64,000 nucleotides of DNA from Lytechinus pictus (lineage: Eukaryota), in the NCBI RefSeq assembly GCF_037042905.1, contig NC_087252.1, forward strand, positions 21,886,001 through 21,950,000, written 5' to 3'. Below are positions 36,515-49,936 of the stretch, one piece after another (position 1 is the first letter of the stretch; the number at the start of each line of letters is the position of its first letter). The position numbers and the translations under genes are program-made. Below the pieces are notes generated by a model that was not told where the DNA came from, ran no database searches, and worked only from the letters and a program-made list of their open reading frames with translations.

Positions 36515-39500
36515 GCGAAATTATTTTTCCCACTGAGTTCTGGACCGACATATGAATATTCATGACTTGCGTCTTCGGATTGAGAGTACGCATGCGCGTG
36601 GACTTGGCCTCCACCAGTGCCGATCGTAAGCATTCACGTTGCTCAGAATGAATTAGCATCGTCAAATTACCGGTACCCTTACATAGTTACATAGGCCTTA
36701 TAGGCTTAGATCTATATATACATCCAATTCTTAAACACTTATCAAACTAGCTGCCATTAATGGCAAGACATGTGTTAGGGTAGGGCTAGCTTAGGCTAGC
36801 GCATTAACTTTACCTCAAATCTAGACCTGTCTAATGCCTAATACTAATAGGAATAGCCGACTAAGGCCATGGTTAACTTCGAACTGGTTAATTCCGAACT
36901 TTACGTTTGATTAGGTTTGGACCAATATTAGCTTATTTACCATGGTCTAATATGTCAAGTCCGTATACAGAACAAGTCCTAGATCTAAAAAAAATATATC
37001 TTAGTTCTAGTCTAGTCTCTAGATCTAGACTCTGATCTACGCGCTATCAGCAAACTAGTGTACCAAGGGGGGGGGGGGGCAGACTGCCCCCCTGACGAGT
37101 CATAACTGATCCAGGGGACGTGTCCCCCCCCCTTGAGAAGCCAAATGAATGATTTGTAATGTCAAAATGCAACGAAAAAAGACGTATGTCCCCTCTTTTG
37201 AACGTGAAAATCTTTTTTTTTCTTGTTAATTTTTTTTCAGCTACGAAATCCTTAATTTTGGGTGAAGACGTGGATCAAGATCACTGACGTTAATTTGTGC
37301 CTGACGTTAGAATACGTTCCATGCACGCACTGGTGTACTTATGGATTATGGATTATGAATTTCTTAGCTGAAAACAAAATTGACAAGCAAAAAAAAAAAA
37401 AAAAAAAAAATCTTCACGTTCAAAAAACGTCTTTTTCATTGCATTTTTACATTACAAATTATTAATTTGGCTTCTCAAAGGGGGCACGTCCCCTGAATCA
37501 GTTGTGACTCGTCAGAGGGACAGTCTTCCCCCCCCCCTTGGTACACTAGTGGTTCCATGCTGATACAGCGTAGATCAGAGTCTAGCTATAGAGACTAGAC
37601 TAGAAATAAGATAATTATTTTTATAGATCTAGGACTGGTTTTGTATACGGACTAGACATATTAAACCATGGCAAATAAGCTAATATTTGTCTAAACCTAA
37701 TTAAACGTGAAGTTCAGAATTAACCAGTTCGAAGTTAACCATGGCATTAGTCGGCTATTCAGTGTTGTAGTCAAGGCTCAAACCTCCAAGGCCAAGGCCA
37801 AGGCTTTAATACCCAAGGCCAAGGCTTCAATACCAAAGGTCAAGGCCAAGGCATGGAAACCCAAGGCCAAGGCCTGAAAACCTCAAGGCCAAGGCATTTC
37901 AAACTTACGATATACAGAACAATGAACTAACAATACTTAGGCGGCAGACATCTCACATGGTAAAATGTATGTGAGCGAGGGGACTGAGCGAGAAAAAAAT
38001 CTAACCTTTGTACATTTAAAAACAAAAATAATTTCATGATAGAGACATATTAAAATAATGATATAGTTACCTGTGTACACATAACCCATAATTTTTCTAT
38101 AGGCCATTTACATTGCAATAATTATTATTACCACGGTCATCTGATCCTGGCATTCTCAACGTATGTTTTTCTCCACTCCCTGGGACAGAGGCAGCAGAAA
38201 ATTATTATTGGGGGGAGGGGGGGGGGGGGTCAACGCCAAAAAGGCACCCATTTATCAAAATGAGTTTTATTTGTGCAAACAGATACATGTATTTTCAAAA
38301 TGAGATTATGAACTGCGTGAAGTAATTGTGTGTTTTGTAGAAATTAAGTTGAGCAAAGGCTTTCTAAAGTGATTTTTAATTATAAGATAGATATTTTGCT
38401 TTAGGTTTTACTTCTCAGCGAGAAAGCATAGCGAGCAAGCGGTTTTGAAAAAAAAATCAATTCTGAAGTTGTAAAACTTGATTTATGGTCAATTATGGGG
38501 CTAATCATTGTTGAAATTTCCTTGCGCGATGTTGCCAGCGCGAATCACCAGTTCAAACTTCTTGACATGTCGTGTAATAAGACATGGAAATTATTTTATT
38601 CTGAGCTGGTTTTTTAATCATGAAAAAGATGTGTATCTAACTAAAAATAACTTTGCACTCGCTAATCGTTTTTATATACTGACCAGTAAAGGAAGCAGTT
38701 AATTAAGCAGTTAATTACTGCATTTTAAATAAGATACATAACTCACCAATTAAAATAATGCGAGCGCAAAGCGCGAGCTCAAAAATTTGTGATATTCCAA
38801 CCTGAAAACTGGACATTCTAAGCATTTTTTTGTGAACGGGAAGAGAACGAGTATAATCATTGATGCGAGTGCAGGAAGCGAGCCAAAAATTTGTGATATT
38901 CCAACCTGAAAACTGGACATTCTAAGCATTTTTTTTGTGAACGGGAAGAGAACGAGTATAATCATTGATGCGAGTGCAGGAAGCGAGCCAAAAAATTGTG
39001 ATATTTCAACCATAAAGCAACATTCTATACATTTTTGTAACCATTAGCAGTACTGTACTAAACAATAATTGATGCAAGCACGATTCAAAATCTGTGATTT
39101 TCGAACCTGAAATGTATTATGTTTTATTATTAAAGAAGGTATTTCTTTTTTAAAAAGGGCATATTTCATTTTTTTGGGGGGAGGGGGGGGGGCAAGAGAG
39201 CACAAAGCGCAAGCTAAAATTTTCAAATGCTTAAACTGAAAATGAGTCATTTTTAGGACTCTTGTCAGTTTTCATATTTTTTTCTGCTTACAACCACTTT
39301 TATTAAACAGTTAATTAATCATTAATTATTAATACTTATTTACAATACTAATAATTATGAATTATTTAATTATTTTTTGTTAATTATTATTTCTTGAAAC
39401 CATAATGACACAAAAACAAATACGTTGTTTATTTCCTTGAAACTGTAGAGAAATGAGATTCATGTTGAACGATATATGATTAAAAAGAAGTAAACATTTT

Positions 39501-40800
39501 TTCCCCTTTGTTTTGTCAATCTGACCCAAAACATATATAAAATTTAGAAGAGAGATAGAGAGAAGAAGAAGTCCCACCACCAAGAATAAACTTAGACAAG
39601 GGGGGGAAGGGAAAGGAAAAGATGGAGTAAATGTGATATTATTTTTTAAACAATCTATTGCAAAATTAGCTTTTCTTATAGAAAGAGGGGGACAAATTTT
39701 GTTCACTCGCTCGCTTCAATCGTTTTCTTCTTTTTTTTTAGAGAGAAATTTTGCTCTATATGCCATGCTTGGCCCCTCAAAGTTTCTGGCTCATCATGCC
39801 ATTGACATAACCCATTTGGATATGACAAAATTGGAGACTGTGTTCAAGTTTACCAAATCTTTTCAGAATAGCATTAAGACTTAAAACATTCTTGTTGGCC
39901 AAAGAAAATAATACAAGGAAAATCCTAATGGAATAGAAATCAAACTTGTTATCGTTCTTTAGAGTTAGCTATGTTTAAAGTATGAAAATTGTTGTCAAAA
40001 TTGCAGTCAGATGTAAAAAAATTTCTTGTCATCAAAGCACTATTATCTTGATCATGACCATTATTATTTACTGTCATTATTATGATTACAACACATTACC
40101 AATACATAATGCTATTTTTCATAACTGATGTATTCTTTGTTTGAATTTCTTGATAATGGTGACAATTACAATTGATGACACTGCTAGTACACTTACTACT
40201 GCTGCTGCTACTGTTACTGGTGATTGGAAGTATTGAACATTAGTGTTATTAAATATATATAAAAAAATTGAAACATTTATAATTACTTATTTAAAACAAA
40301 TGAAAGTACAAAATACAAAATGCCTTGAAAAAGCCTTGAAAATGCCTTGAAAATGCCTTAAAATTTCAAGGCTCGAAATTCTCAAGGCCAAGGCCCTCTC
40401 AATGCCAAGGCTTTGAAAAAGTAGGCATTAAGGAGCCTTAGTGCCAAGGCCGAGCATCAAGGCACTACAACACTGATTAGTACTATGCATTAATTAGACA
40501 GGTCCTGATTTGAGGTAAAGTTAATGCGCTAGCCTAAGCTAGCCTTACCCTATCACATGTCTTGCCATTAATGGCAGCTAGTTTATTAAGTGTTTAAGAA
40601 TTTGATATATACATGTATATATATAGATCTAAGCCTATAAGGCCTATGTAACTAAGTAAGGGTACCGGTAATTTGACGATGCTAATTCATTCTGAGCAAC
40701 GTGAATGCTAAGTCCACGCGCATGCGTACTCTCAATCCGAAGACGCAAGTCATGAATATTCATATGTTGGTCCAGAACTCGGTGGGAAAAATAATTTCGC
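36515..40800. mobile_element. Fold-back (long inverted repeat) element in the A3 intron, interrupted by a second transposon
   Basis: 36515-~37250 is the inverse of ~37360-37759 plus 40476-40800; empty site ccgggcatacgtccag in A2 and A4. Confidence 0.85.
37760..40475. mobile_element. Non-autonomous DNA transposon, TIR CAGTGTTGTAGT, subterminal CAAGGC repeats
   Basis: cagtgttgtagt..actacaacactg; aaggcc arrays at both ends; internal ~105-bp tandem duplication at 38780-39000; no transposase ORF. Confidence 0.8.
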
Positions 40801-41129
40801 GGGTTATACGTCCAGATAAATCGCAACAGAGAATTAAACAATTCTAAAATATGAGAATGTGTTAGCTATTATCGCCGATGGCATTGTCTTGAGAAATCAA
40901 AGTGAGTTATCGTGATGTCTTTCTTTCGCATGATTGGTGAGAGCACAATGAACCACTTTGTCTTAACTTTAATCATGGTGACTTGTGGACCAATCATTCA
41001 TAAGTCTATGAAAGTGGCAATTATCTACTCCCCCAAACTTTGCAGACATGGCCTCTTGCGTAGTTTTCTTCGTTATCGTTACTCATTTTATAAAATAATA
41101 AAAAATAGTATGTGTAAAAATAATTCTGT

Positions 41130-41400
41130 GGGCGCGTCGTGGTATAGTGGTTCTGACTCTCGCCTTTCGAACAGAGGGCCGTGGGTTCAAATCCTAGCCA
41201 TGGTGTGTTTTCCTTCAGCAAGAAATTTATCCACAGTGTGCTGCACTCGACCCAGGTGAGGTAAATGGGTACCGGCAGGAAGTAATTCCTCTGTGCGCAC
41301 CAGAATCGGTAGACTAGCTTAGCCGGGGTAATATAGGAGCGCCTTGAGCACCTAGCTAGGTGGATACGTGCGCTATACAAATCCTATATTTTATTATTAC
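41130..41400 (+). mobile_element. tRNA-derived SINE in the A3 intron
   Basis: Same insertion as in A2; ttactcattttat repeated at ~41079 and ~41397 (TSD-like). Confidence 0.85.
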
Positions 41401-41856
41401 TCATTTTATCCCATTTTTCAATATTATGTCTCCGTATCCATAAAAGTATATAATATGAATGTATTGGAACTGATTTTTAACTAACAAGACAATTCATCTT
41501 TTTATAGACAACTTTTGTGTTGGTTAACGTAACAGATGCGATTTTTCTCACCTCCACGCAGAATGAATTTTATTAGAACACAATAAATGTATTGAAAATG
41601 TCCGTCGAATGACAATGAATAGCTGCGAGGCCTTTGACGACATTTGGTGAACCGGAACAGCAGTTCGTCTAAGTAACGGGAAATTGCAAATATGTCATTT
41701 GTCCAGAGTCCAGGGCAAAACTATTGTTTTGATTCACCACTTTTCGAAAAATATTTCTTGGTTGCTCATTGTCAGGAATGGCATTTGACAATACCGAGAG
41801 CGTTCCCTCGTGACTACACCTAAACGAAACAGAGAAGAAAGAAGTGTGCTACTTAC

Positions 41857-42642
41857 AGATATTGTCTTTACTTGAGGGCGCTGTTTATTTTCCTTGACAT
41901 CACCTTCCGGTAGGCTATGATCTGACACTGTGGTATCTTCGGTAAACTCCTTGTCGATGTGCCTTCCACTGGCGATCCCTCGAATCTTTATGAAGATCCG
42001 TATGTAGAGAATCAACATTATGGTGAAAGGGATGATGAAGCGGATCAGTACGGTCGACAATTGGGCGATTGGAAACACAGAATACCAGTGAAAACACTCT
42101 GAACCAAGCCGAAACTGCAGAATATAGTCAGGAACCGTCGAGTATGAAAACCAGAAAACAAAAGAAACGATCCACACGCAGATGTTGGTGTAGAGCGCCG
42201 TTCGCTTTCTTCGTCTTGTGAAATGTCCGATGGGATTATAGGTTGCCCGGTGTCTGTCAACGCAGATGGTGACGATGATCAGGTTAGATACGAATTGGAT
42301 GCTGTTGCTGACACCGTAGAACACCTTGCACCTAACCGGAAAGGGAAAGGGAAGACGCCCAAGGTACATGTGTAAGCATGTAATGACGAGAAAAATCCCG
42401 AAGATAAAGTCCGAAATCGTAAGGTTTATGATGAAGTAGTTGTTGTAGCCACGCAGCTGTTTCTCGACGGCAAAGGCGGCCAGGCAGATACCATTGATCG
42501 CAATCATAATGAACACGAAAACCAGGAGTAACAACGGGATCCATCGATTTCTATCAGGCTCTGTACCTACTTCTGTAAGTTCTGTACCTGCTATTTCTGT
42601 ATGTTCTTGAAGTAATTCAGTTGTATTGCCTTCAGCGTACAT
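41857..42642 (-). CDS. GPCR A3 exon 1
   Basis: 786 nt, donor GTAAGT; intact motifs. Confidence 0.92.
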
Positions 42643-44081
42643 GGTCGATTATTGGCTCTGTGATCGGACAAGTACACTTCCTGGTTTAAAGAATCTCTCT
42701 TCTGAAGAGCATTGAAAGATACTCTCAGGGTCTTTGGCCAAGTTGGTCTGATCTAATTTCCCAATTGCTGAACAACTCTATTTAACCCATCACTAAATAT
42801 ATGTATATTTGCAGTCACGCCTATTATACGCCCCATTCGCGTGACACGCAATATTATTTTTTTCTCAACTTATAAAGGTTTTGCATTAAATTTCAACTAA
42901 GTGCATTTAGTACCGTCATGATTAAAAAATTAATTTAATTTAAAGCACTTATTGAACATTTAGTAAAACTAAATCTATCGATTAGATGACAAAGAGAGAT
43001 GAACCCACATTTGCAAATTTTGAAGAGATAGAAAAAAAAGAGTGGGGGAGGAGAATGAGAGGAAGAGAGGGCGAGAGAGAGAGAGATGGGGGATGACAGG
43101 AATCATTTAATGCAATTTTAGAACCGAAAAGGAATCTTGACAAATTCAATACAATTTGTTTCGGGCACCGTTTACACAAATATTTACAATAAATTAAAGA
43201 AAAATTGACAACGCTGAAACGAGAAAACGGTCGAAATAGCATAATGATCAACATACACATTATGATGATTATCAAGCTATGAACATCGTTTTTTTGCTAT
43301 TTGAAATTGATCACAAATCTTTGTGTTACCGTCCCCGTAGCGTGTTCTTTTGCCAAGCGAAAAATCGATTTCCCCATGAATAGGGGAAATAAAAAGAAAT
43401 AAAGTATTTCGTTGACCGTTGGTTTCTACTTTTTGAAAAAGAGATCGATTTTTAATGATTTATAAGGAAATTATTTCGTTTGGTAAAAAACGAGGACAAC
43501 CTCATTTTAGATTGGCAACACTAATCTTCAAGTATGCTAAGTGTATCATACATGAAGGTTGAGAATAGTCTCTTGATATTTTCCGTGGTACCAAAGAAAA
43601 CAAACTTCAAATCGTAAAGAATATAATCAATATCACCCAACTGAATAAGTCTTAATTCTGAATCATCTCTTTTACATTCAATAAAAGATCTCTAAGACTT
43701 CTAATCTTTCAATAGTGGTGCGTCCTTTAAAGATTGAGGGGAAAGAGGTAAACTTTTACTATTGATGTTTTCAGAACGACTTAGTATTTCCGTTTAAAAT
43801 TGATTGATCTTCATCTTGATTTCGTCGAGGCATAGATTTGTTAAAAAGTAATATTATTAGCCCACGATTAGAGTGTCTCAATTAAAAACGAAGACCCTGA
43901 GTTTGAATTGATTTATGCGTTCAAATCATGTCATAGAAAATGAACAATTACCTGTATAACTTATAGAACAATGATTTCAATTGGTCAGGGGCATAACAGG
44001 GGTCGGTTGCAAGGGGGGGGGGGGAGCAAGAGCAAAAAAAATCCCGGTCGTGAACATGCAGTGGCATGTTTAGGGGGAAGA

Positions 44082-44120
<39 letters not shown>

Positions 44121-47100
44121 GCTGCGAGCGAAGCGAGCGAGCAAAAATCTCGATATTTTTATTTTAAAAATCAAATTTGGGATATATTTTTACATAATAT
44201 TCAGAAAATGATATGATGTCTTACTTTTCTCTCTTTCCTTTTCTGTATTTATGTACGCCACTGTGAATTTGATTTTGTTTATTGTTCGCGAGCATTAGAG
44301 CAAAGCTCCATGCAGCAGTGGCATAAGAGTGAGTAAAAAAAAAAAGAGGGGCACTGTATGGCACGTGTGGCAACAAGTTACTTTATATAAGTCCTGAGCG
44401 AGCGAAGCGGGCGAAAAAATCACCTTTTCATGAGAATCTAACTTTGAGAAAGATTTTGACATGATATTCAGAAAATAACACAATATCTTACACTTTCCCT
44501 TTGCTTTTCTGTCCTCCTTTTCCTTTTTGTTCTTGGATGTAGAACTATTGGGGGCCATAGCACAAACTTTTCCATCTCTATGCCACTGCTATTCGGGTGG
44601 GGTCCGGGGGCAGAGACCCCGGAAACCCTTGATTCTAAAACCATTTAAAACCTTACAGATGGCTGCTATTTTTAATCAAATTACGGGTTCAGTTTTTACA
44701 CAAGACATTAATTCAACGCAGTTGCGTAATAAACCAAATATTTTGAGGGGCACAACACAGCAAATGCGGGATAATTTGTTTAAGTCGCTAGCGAGCGAAA
44801 AAGGAATTTGGCTTTTTGAAATGAAATTATAATTACATGAATTACGAGATAGATTTTTCATTATATTCAATCAAACATATTTCATTGTTTTCCATTCATG
44901 TGATTTCGTTGTCTCCATGTTTTTTGGCACCCAATGGCTGTGGAACCATGCATGCTCCCCCCCCCCCTGTACGCCAGTGCTTCAATAATTGACGTAAATT
45001 GACTTCATAGAGCCCTTTAATATTAACAGATGAAGAGCCCCTACTAAATAGGGTCTGGGGCAGCTACCATTGGATGGATATGTCTAACCCTTGGCTAACC
45101 ATTTTGTCTTGATTGCACCCGTTATTGTATAAAACTTAGCAAGCTTGTAATATACTTCATATGCATTCATACCATCCATCTTTCTTCCCGTTCTTTATTT
45201 CCAATCCTCGGCAGCGCGTTCGTGTTTTAGCTTCTCTTTTTTTTTTAGAAGTCCCTTTTCTTCGTTTTCAAATTGAGCTTTATGCTCATTCCATTTTACC
45301 TTCATTTCCCGCTTTTGTTTACTATTATTTTATTTCCCTTTCTTATTAATATAGTATTAGTATTTCGGAATGGTGCGTCTTACATGTTCTTCATTACTTC
45401 TTTTTCCCGCTTTCCTTCCGCTTTCCCTCTTTATGTTTTTTTATATTTCCCCCCTTTTTTTCCTTTCCCTTTTCCTTCTTTTTTCTTTCTTTCTTTCTTT
45501 CTTTTTCCCGTTTATTTTTCTGGCGGAGAAACCCGCCAGGGGGGAGGCAGCCTGCCCCCCGCCCCCGCCTGTTACGCCACTGTGTAGATAACGTAGTGCC
45601 GTGATAATGTAGCATAATAGGTGTGTTGGCTCAGTTAGTAGAGAGTAACAGGTGCGTAGTAGGGGTCCTTGGCTAAGAGAGAGGAGGGGGGGGGGGCGGG
45701 TATAAAGCCAAAATTTCCCGGTCTTCTCATGATGTGAAGAATTGTGAACATAATTTTTTATGATTGTACGCGAGCGATAGCGCGAAGATCTATGCGATAC
45801 ATTTTTTGGCCTTTTGAAAATGAAATTCTAATGTAATTGAAGAGGCGTTTCTAACCCGTTTAGCATTTGGACATAGGACATAGCCCATGCTTGGGCCGTA
45901 TATCCGCAACTTCTTGAAGTTCAGTAATTTTTTTTGTCTTGATTGCGACCGTCATTGCTTGAAATTTAACAAGCCTATATTGACTTCATACATATACCCT
46001 ATCCCATTCTTCCAAATCTTCTACGTTTATTATAATAATAGGGGCCTTGATGGTTAAATCAGCACTATAAACGGAACAATAACATAACCATTATTCACCG
46101 CCATCAATAACATCACCATCATGATCAACATCATCGCACTCATCCTCCTCATCATCACCATTATCATTCTAATCGTCGTTATTACCATCACTACCATCAT
46201 CCTCATCGTAATCACCATTACTATCATTATCAACATCATTACCACTAACATTATCATCACCATCATCAACATCACAATCATCATCATCATTATCATTACC
46301 ATTATCATCATCATCATAACCAACATCATTGTCATCAATCATCATCTTCANNNNNNNNNNNNNNNNNNNNNNNNNNNNNNNNNNNNNNNNNNNNNNNNNN
46401 NNNNNNNNNNNNNNNNNNNNNNNNNNNNNNNNNNNNNNNNNNNNNNNNNNNNNNNNNNNNNNNNNNNNNNNNNNNNNNNNNNNNNNNNNNNNNNNNNNNN
46501 NNNTCATCCTTATCATCATCACTATTACCACGAACATTATCGTCATCAGGGTCACCTTCACTATCAGCATCATCAGCAACGGCTTCCACACCAACCACTG
46601 ACAACGACATCAACAACAATGTTAATAATCTGTATCATCATCGCCGTCGTCTAGAAATCAGCACAAATACCGTCACAATCAATATCTTCTTTTATCTGCG
46701 AATACAGAAGTCGAAGTCACAAGGAGGTCCAATGAAGAAAAGAAATAATTTTTTTAAGAAAGGATCGACAAGAAGAAGAAAAGGATTGACGGGGGATTTG
46801 AGGATAAAGTGTAAAAAAGATAAGAACAAGATGGTCAATTAAACAAATAATATATCATTATGAGAGTATTTTGATTATTATTTTTAATATAGAGTGAAGT
46901 TCGTTCATTATGTCAAATTATGCGGGAGTGATGTGGTCTTGATAATGATACGGAGTTTGTTCTTCATGACTTTATAACATAGATGTAACATAAAATCTAA
47001 ATATACTATACTGTCTATACAATAAACGTGTATGCAGTATCCAAGCATTGTCTTGTCATTACACAAGATACATTAATCATGTGAGCCCGAAATGTATAAC

Positions 47101-47245
47101 AAAAAAGAGTATTTGAATTAATACACTTTGAACTAAAATATTAATTAAAAAATGTAAAATAAAGATGGATCTCAACAGATGAAATTATCTTCCAAACATA
47201 CAATGTGGGGGGGGGGGGGTAATTACCCTTACCATTTTCAATCTA

Positions 47246-47523
47246 CACTGTTAGAAAATTTATCCTTAAAATAAACGAAGTTTCTGCAGCAGTCTCGAGA
47301 ACACCTGTAATCTTACCAGATTGCGTAATCTTACAGGAAATTGGTATTTGGTGTATGAAATCTTACAAATATCATTAAATTAAACACCCTTTTCCCCTTT
47401 TTAAACAGACCTGTTCTGTTAAATTGCAGAAAAATTCCTGTTTTATGAATTTACAGAATGATTCTGTTATTGCTTTCTGCAAAATCTTATTTTTTCCTGT
47501 AAAATAAGGTTTTTTTTACAGTG
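47246..47523. mobile_element. TA-flanked MITE, unit 3 copy
   Basis: Homologous to 18100-18380. Confidence 0.8.
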
Positions 47524-48106
47524 TATACCGTTGTCTCTATAATTTCATACCCGACAAACCAACAGGCGATTTCCACAAGTATAGCATACACATGATGAAC
47601 AAATCCTTTTATAATTGATTTCGTAGCTGTAACTCAATAGGAGTAATGAAATAAATCACTACATTACAGATATACCCATATAAATAGGTACCATCTCATA
47701 ATCAGAAATTAAGTATTTTTGTTTTACCTTACCTCACTTTGTGTTTGTGACATACTAATGCCAATACATTCAATACGAAGTTCATTTTTACTTTCCTCTA
47801 AAATCAACAACATGATATGATGTATAATGGTTTAATTTTTATTGAGCAATAAATTATTCACAATAAGAACCTCAATATCTAGAGTAAGTTCCGAATAGAA
47901 CTTTTAAACAGATTTCCCAAACATGATAGTTAATTGGATATTAAGTGTATTTTTAAATCCAATTTGCTATTACCGTTTAGAACCTTACCAGTCGTTCTCA
48001 GGAGCTATAGGACACTGAGAATCGTACGATTCAGTCAATTGATAATCAGACTTCAACTTACAAATGCAACGATTCCAAACCCGCCATAATTAAATGAAAC
48101 AGAGGA

Positions 48107-48412
48107 CTATTTGCCTCTGCAGTACCGGATAGGGTGGCGGATCAAACCGAATACGGTTTTCCGAAACAGCGGCTGCGAGACAACGTAGCAAAGCGGATTA
48201 AGTAAGCTATTCACGTAGACCAGCCAACCGGGTACCAAATGCGCCCAGTCAGGAAGCCGTGGATAGATGAGTGTCGGTTCAATCGAGTAGATGAAGGAGA
48301 TGACAGAAACTGGAAACCAGGTAATAAAGAAAGCGATGACGATGAAGAGGAGTGTCTTTGTGGCGCTGCGAACCTCGGATGCTGATTCACGCTTGACTGC
48401 TTTCTGACCAGC
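48107..48412 (-). CDS. GPCR B3 exon 2
   Basis: aattag|GCT acceptor; 306 nt; NPLCY. Confidence 0.9.
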   Translation of the reverse strand, partial: AGQKAVKRESASEVRSATKTLLFIVIAFFITWFPVSVISFIYSIEPTLIYPRLPDWAHLVPGWLVYVNSLLNPLCYVVSQPLFRKTVFGLIRHPIRYCRGK

Positions 48413-49156
48413 CTAATTGGGAAAAGATTCATGGATAAAAATAAAAGTCATGAACTTCATATTAACATACCGCCTGAAGATTGTATGATGTCAGCTTACA
48501 TACGCGACGTTACAATATCGGTTTATACGTGTACGTAGTAATTGATTTTGTGCATCACCAGGATAAAGAGTGTAATAATAACAATAGTAATGATATGTAA
48601 CATTTGTATAGCGCTTTATACCAATGTTTCAAAACGTTGCATACTATTTACGCCGGCCTTTGCACGGCTACCCTGATCGAACGCTCGAGCATTCAAGGGA
48701 TTCCTTCCTACCATGAATGCCTACCCATAAACTATACCTGGTTGGAGAGTGGCAAATGTAGATCAATGCCTTGCCAAAGGACGCGAGTGGGGATTCGAAC
48801 CCCAGCCCTTGAGGTTCAAAGTCAGGACACTTATCCACTGAAACGCAACGCCTCTACATGAATTAACTTTTATGACAAATAATGGCTACTCAATGCTCTC
48901 TGAATTCAATCAATTGCCTCATTATGGACGGACCTTTGCAGGGATGTACTTGAGGCCGGCCCCGAGGCCAAATTTTGCCGGCCTTGGCCACGACCCGAGT
49001 CAGCGTAGAAAGTATATGGGAGAAGGCTTTCTCCAGCCGATTTCCTCCCCACATCTTTCTTGCTTTTGAAATTTTTCAAGTAAGGGACTCGCTCGAACCC
49101 CGGAACAACCCCCCACCCCGGCTACGGGCTTTGATATGGAATTAATGAATACTCAC

Positions 49157-49936
49157 AGATTCTATGGTAGTAATGGGGCCTTCTTTGGAATCACCAGCGT
49201 CGTTACCACCGTCCGATTTGGTTTTCCGCGACCATGAAGTGTCCCCATTAAATTCTTCACCGATGTGCTTTCTACCGGCTATCTTTTGGATCTTCACGAA
49301 GATCCGCACATAGATTATCAGCATGATTGTGAAAGGGATGATGAACCGAATAAATACTGGTACTATCTGGCCGATCGGGTTCACGAAATGCCAAACGATG
49401 CAACCGGAAGTGTTGTTGAAGTCCATGACGAAGTCGGGAATCGTCGAAAAACCGAACCAGAAAAGGATCGATGCAACCCAGACGGAAATATTCGCGTAGA
49501 TCGCCTTTCGCTTGCTCCTGGTGGTGAAATGCCCGATGGGATCGTAGGTTGCTCGGTGTCTATCGATGCAGATGGTGACGATGATCAGATTTGATACAAA
49601 CTGGACGCTGCTGAAGACACCGTAGAAGATCCGGCACGAGTTGTTACCAGGGAATGGGAATCGTCTAAAATAAGTATGCAAGGATGTCACGGTGATGACA
49701 GACCCAAAGAGAAAGTCAGAGATTGTAAGGTTTATGATAAAGTAGTTGTTGTAGCCACGGAGTCGTTTTTCGACGGCAAATGCTGCCAGGCTGAGGCCAT
49801 TGGTCGTGATGATGAGGGCCACTAGGAGCAGCGGTAGGAGCAGGGCGTGGAGACCACGTCTCTCATCATCCGTTTCCGTCGCTACTGTTTCTTGTTGCTC
49901 CTGAAAAACGTCGGTCGTATTCCCGTCCGCGTACAT
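49157..49936 (-). CDS. GPCR B3 exon 1
   Basis: 780 nt, donor GTGAGT; intact. Confidence 0.92.
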
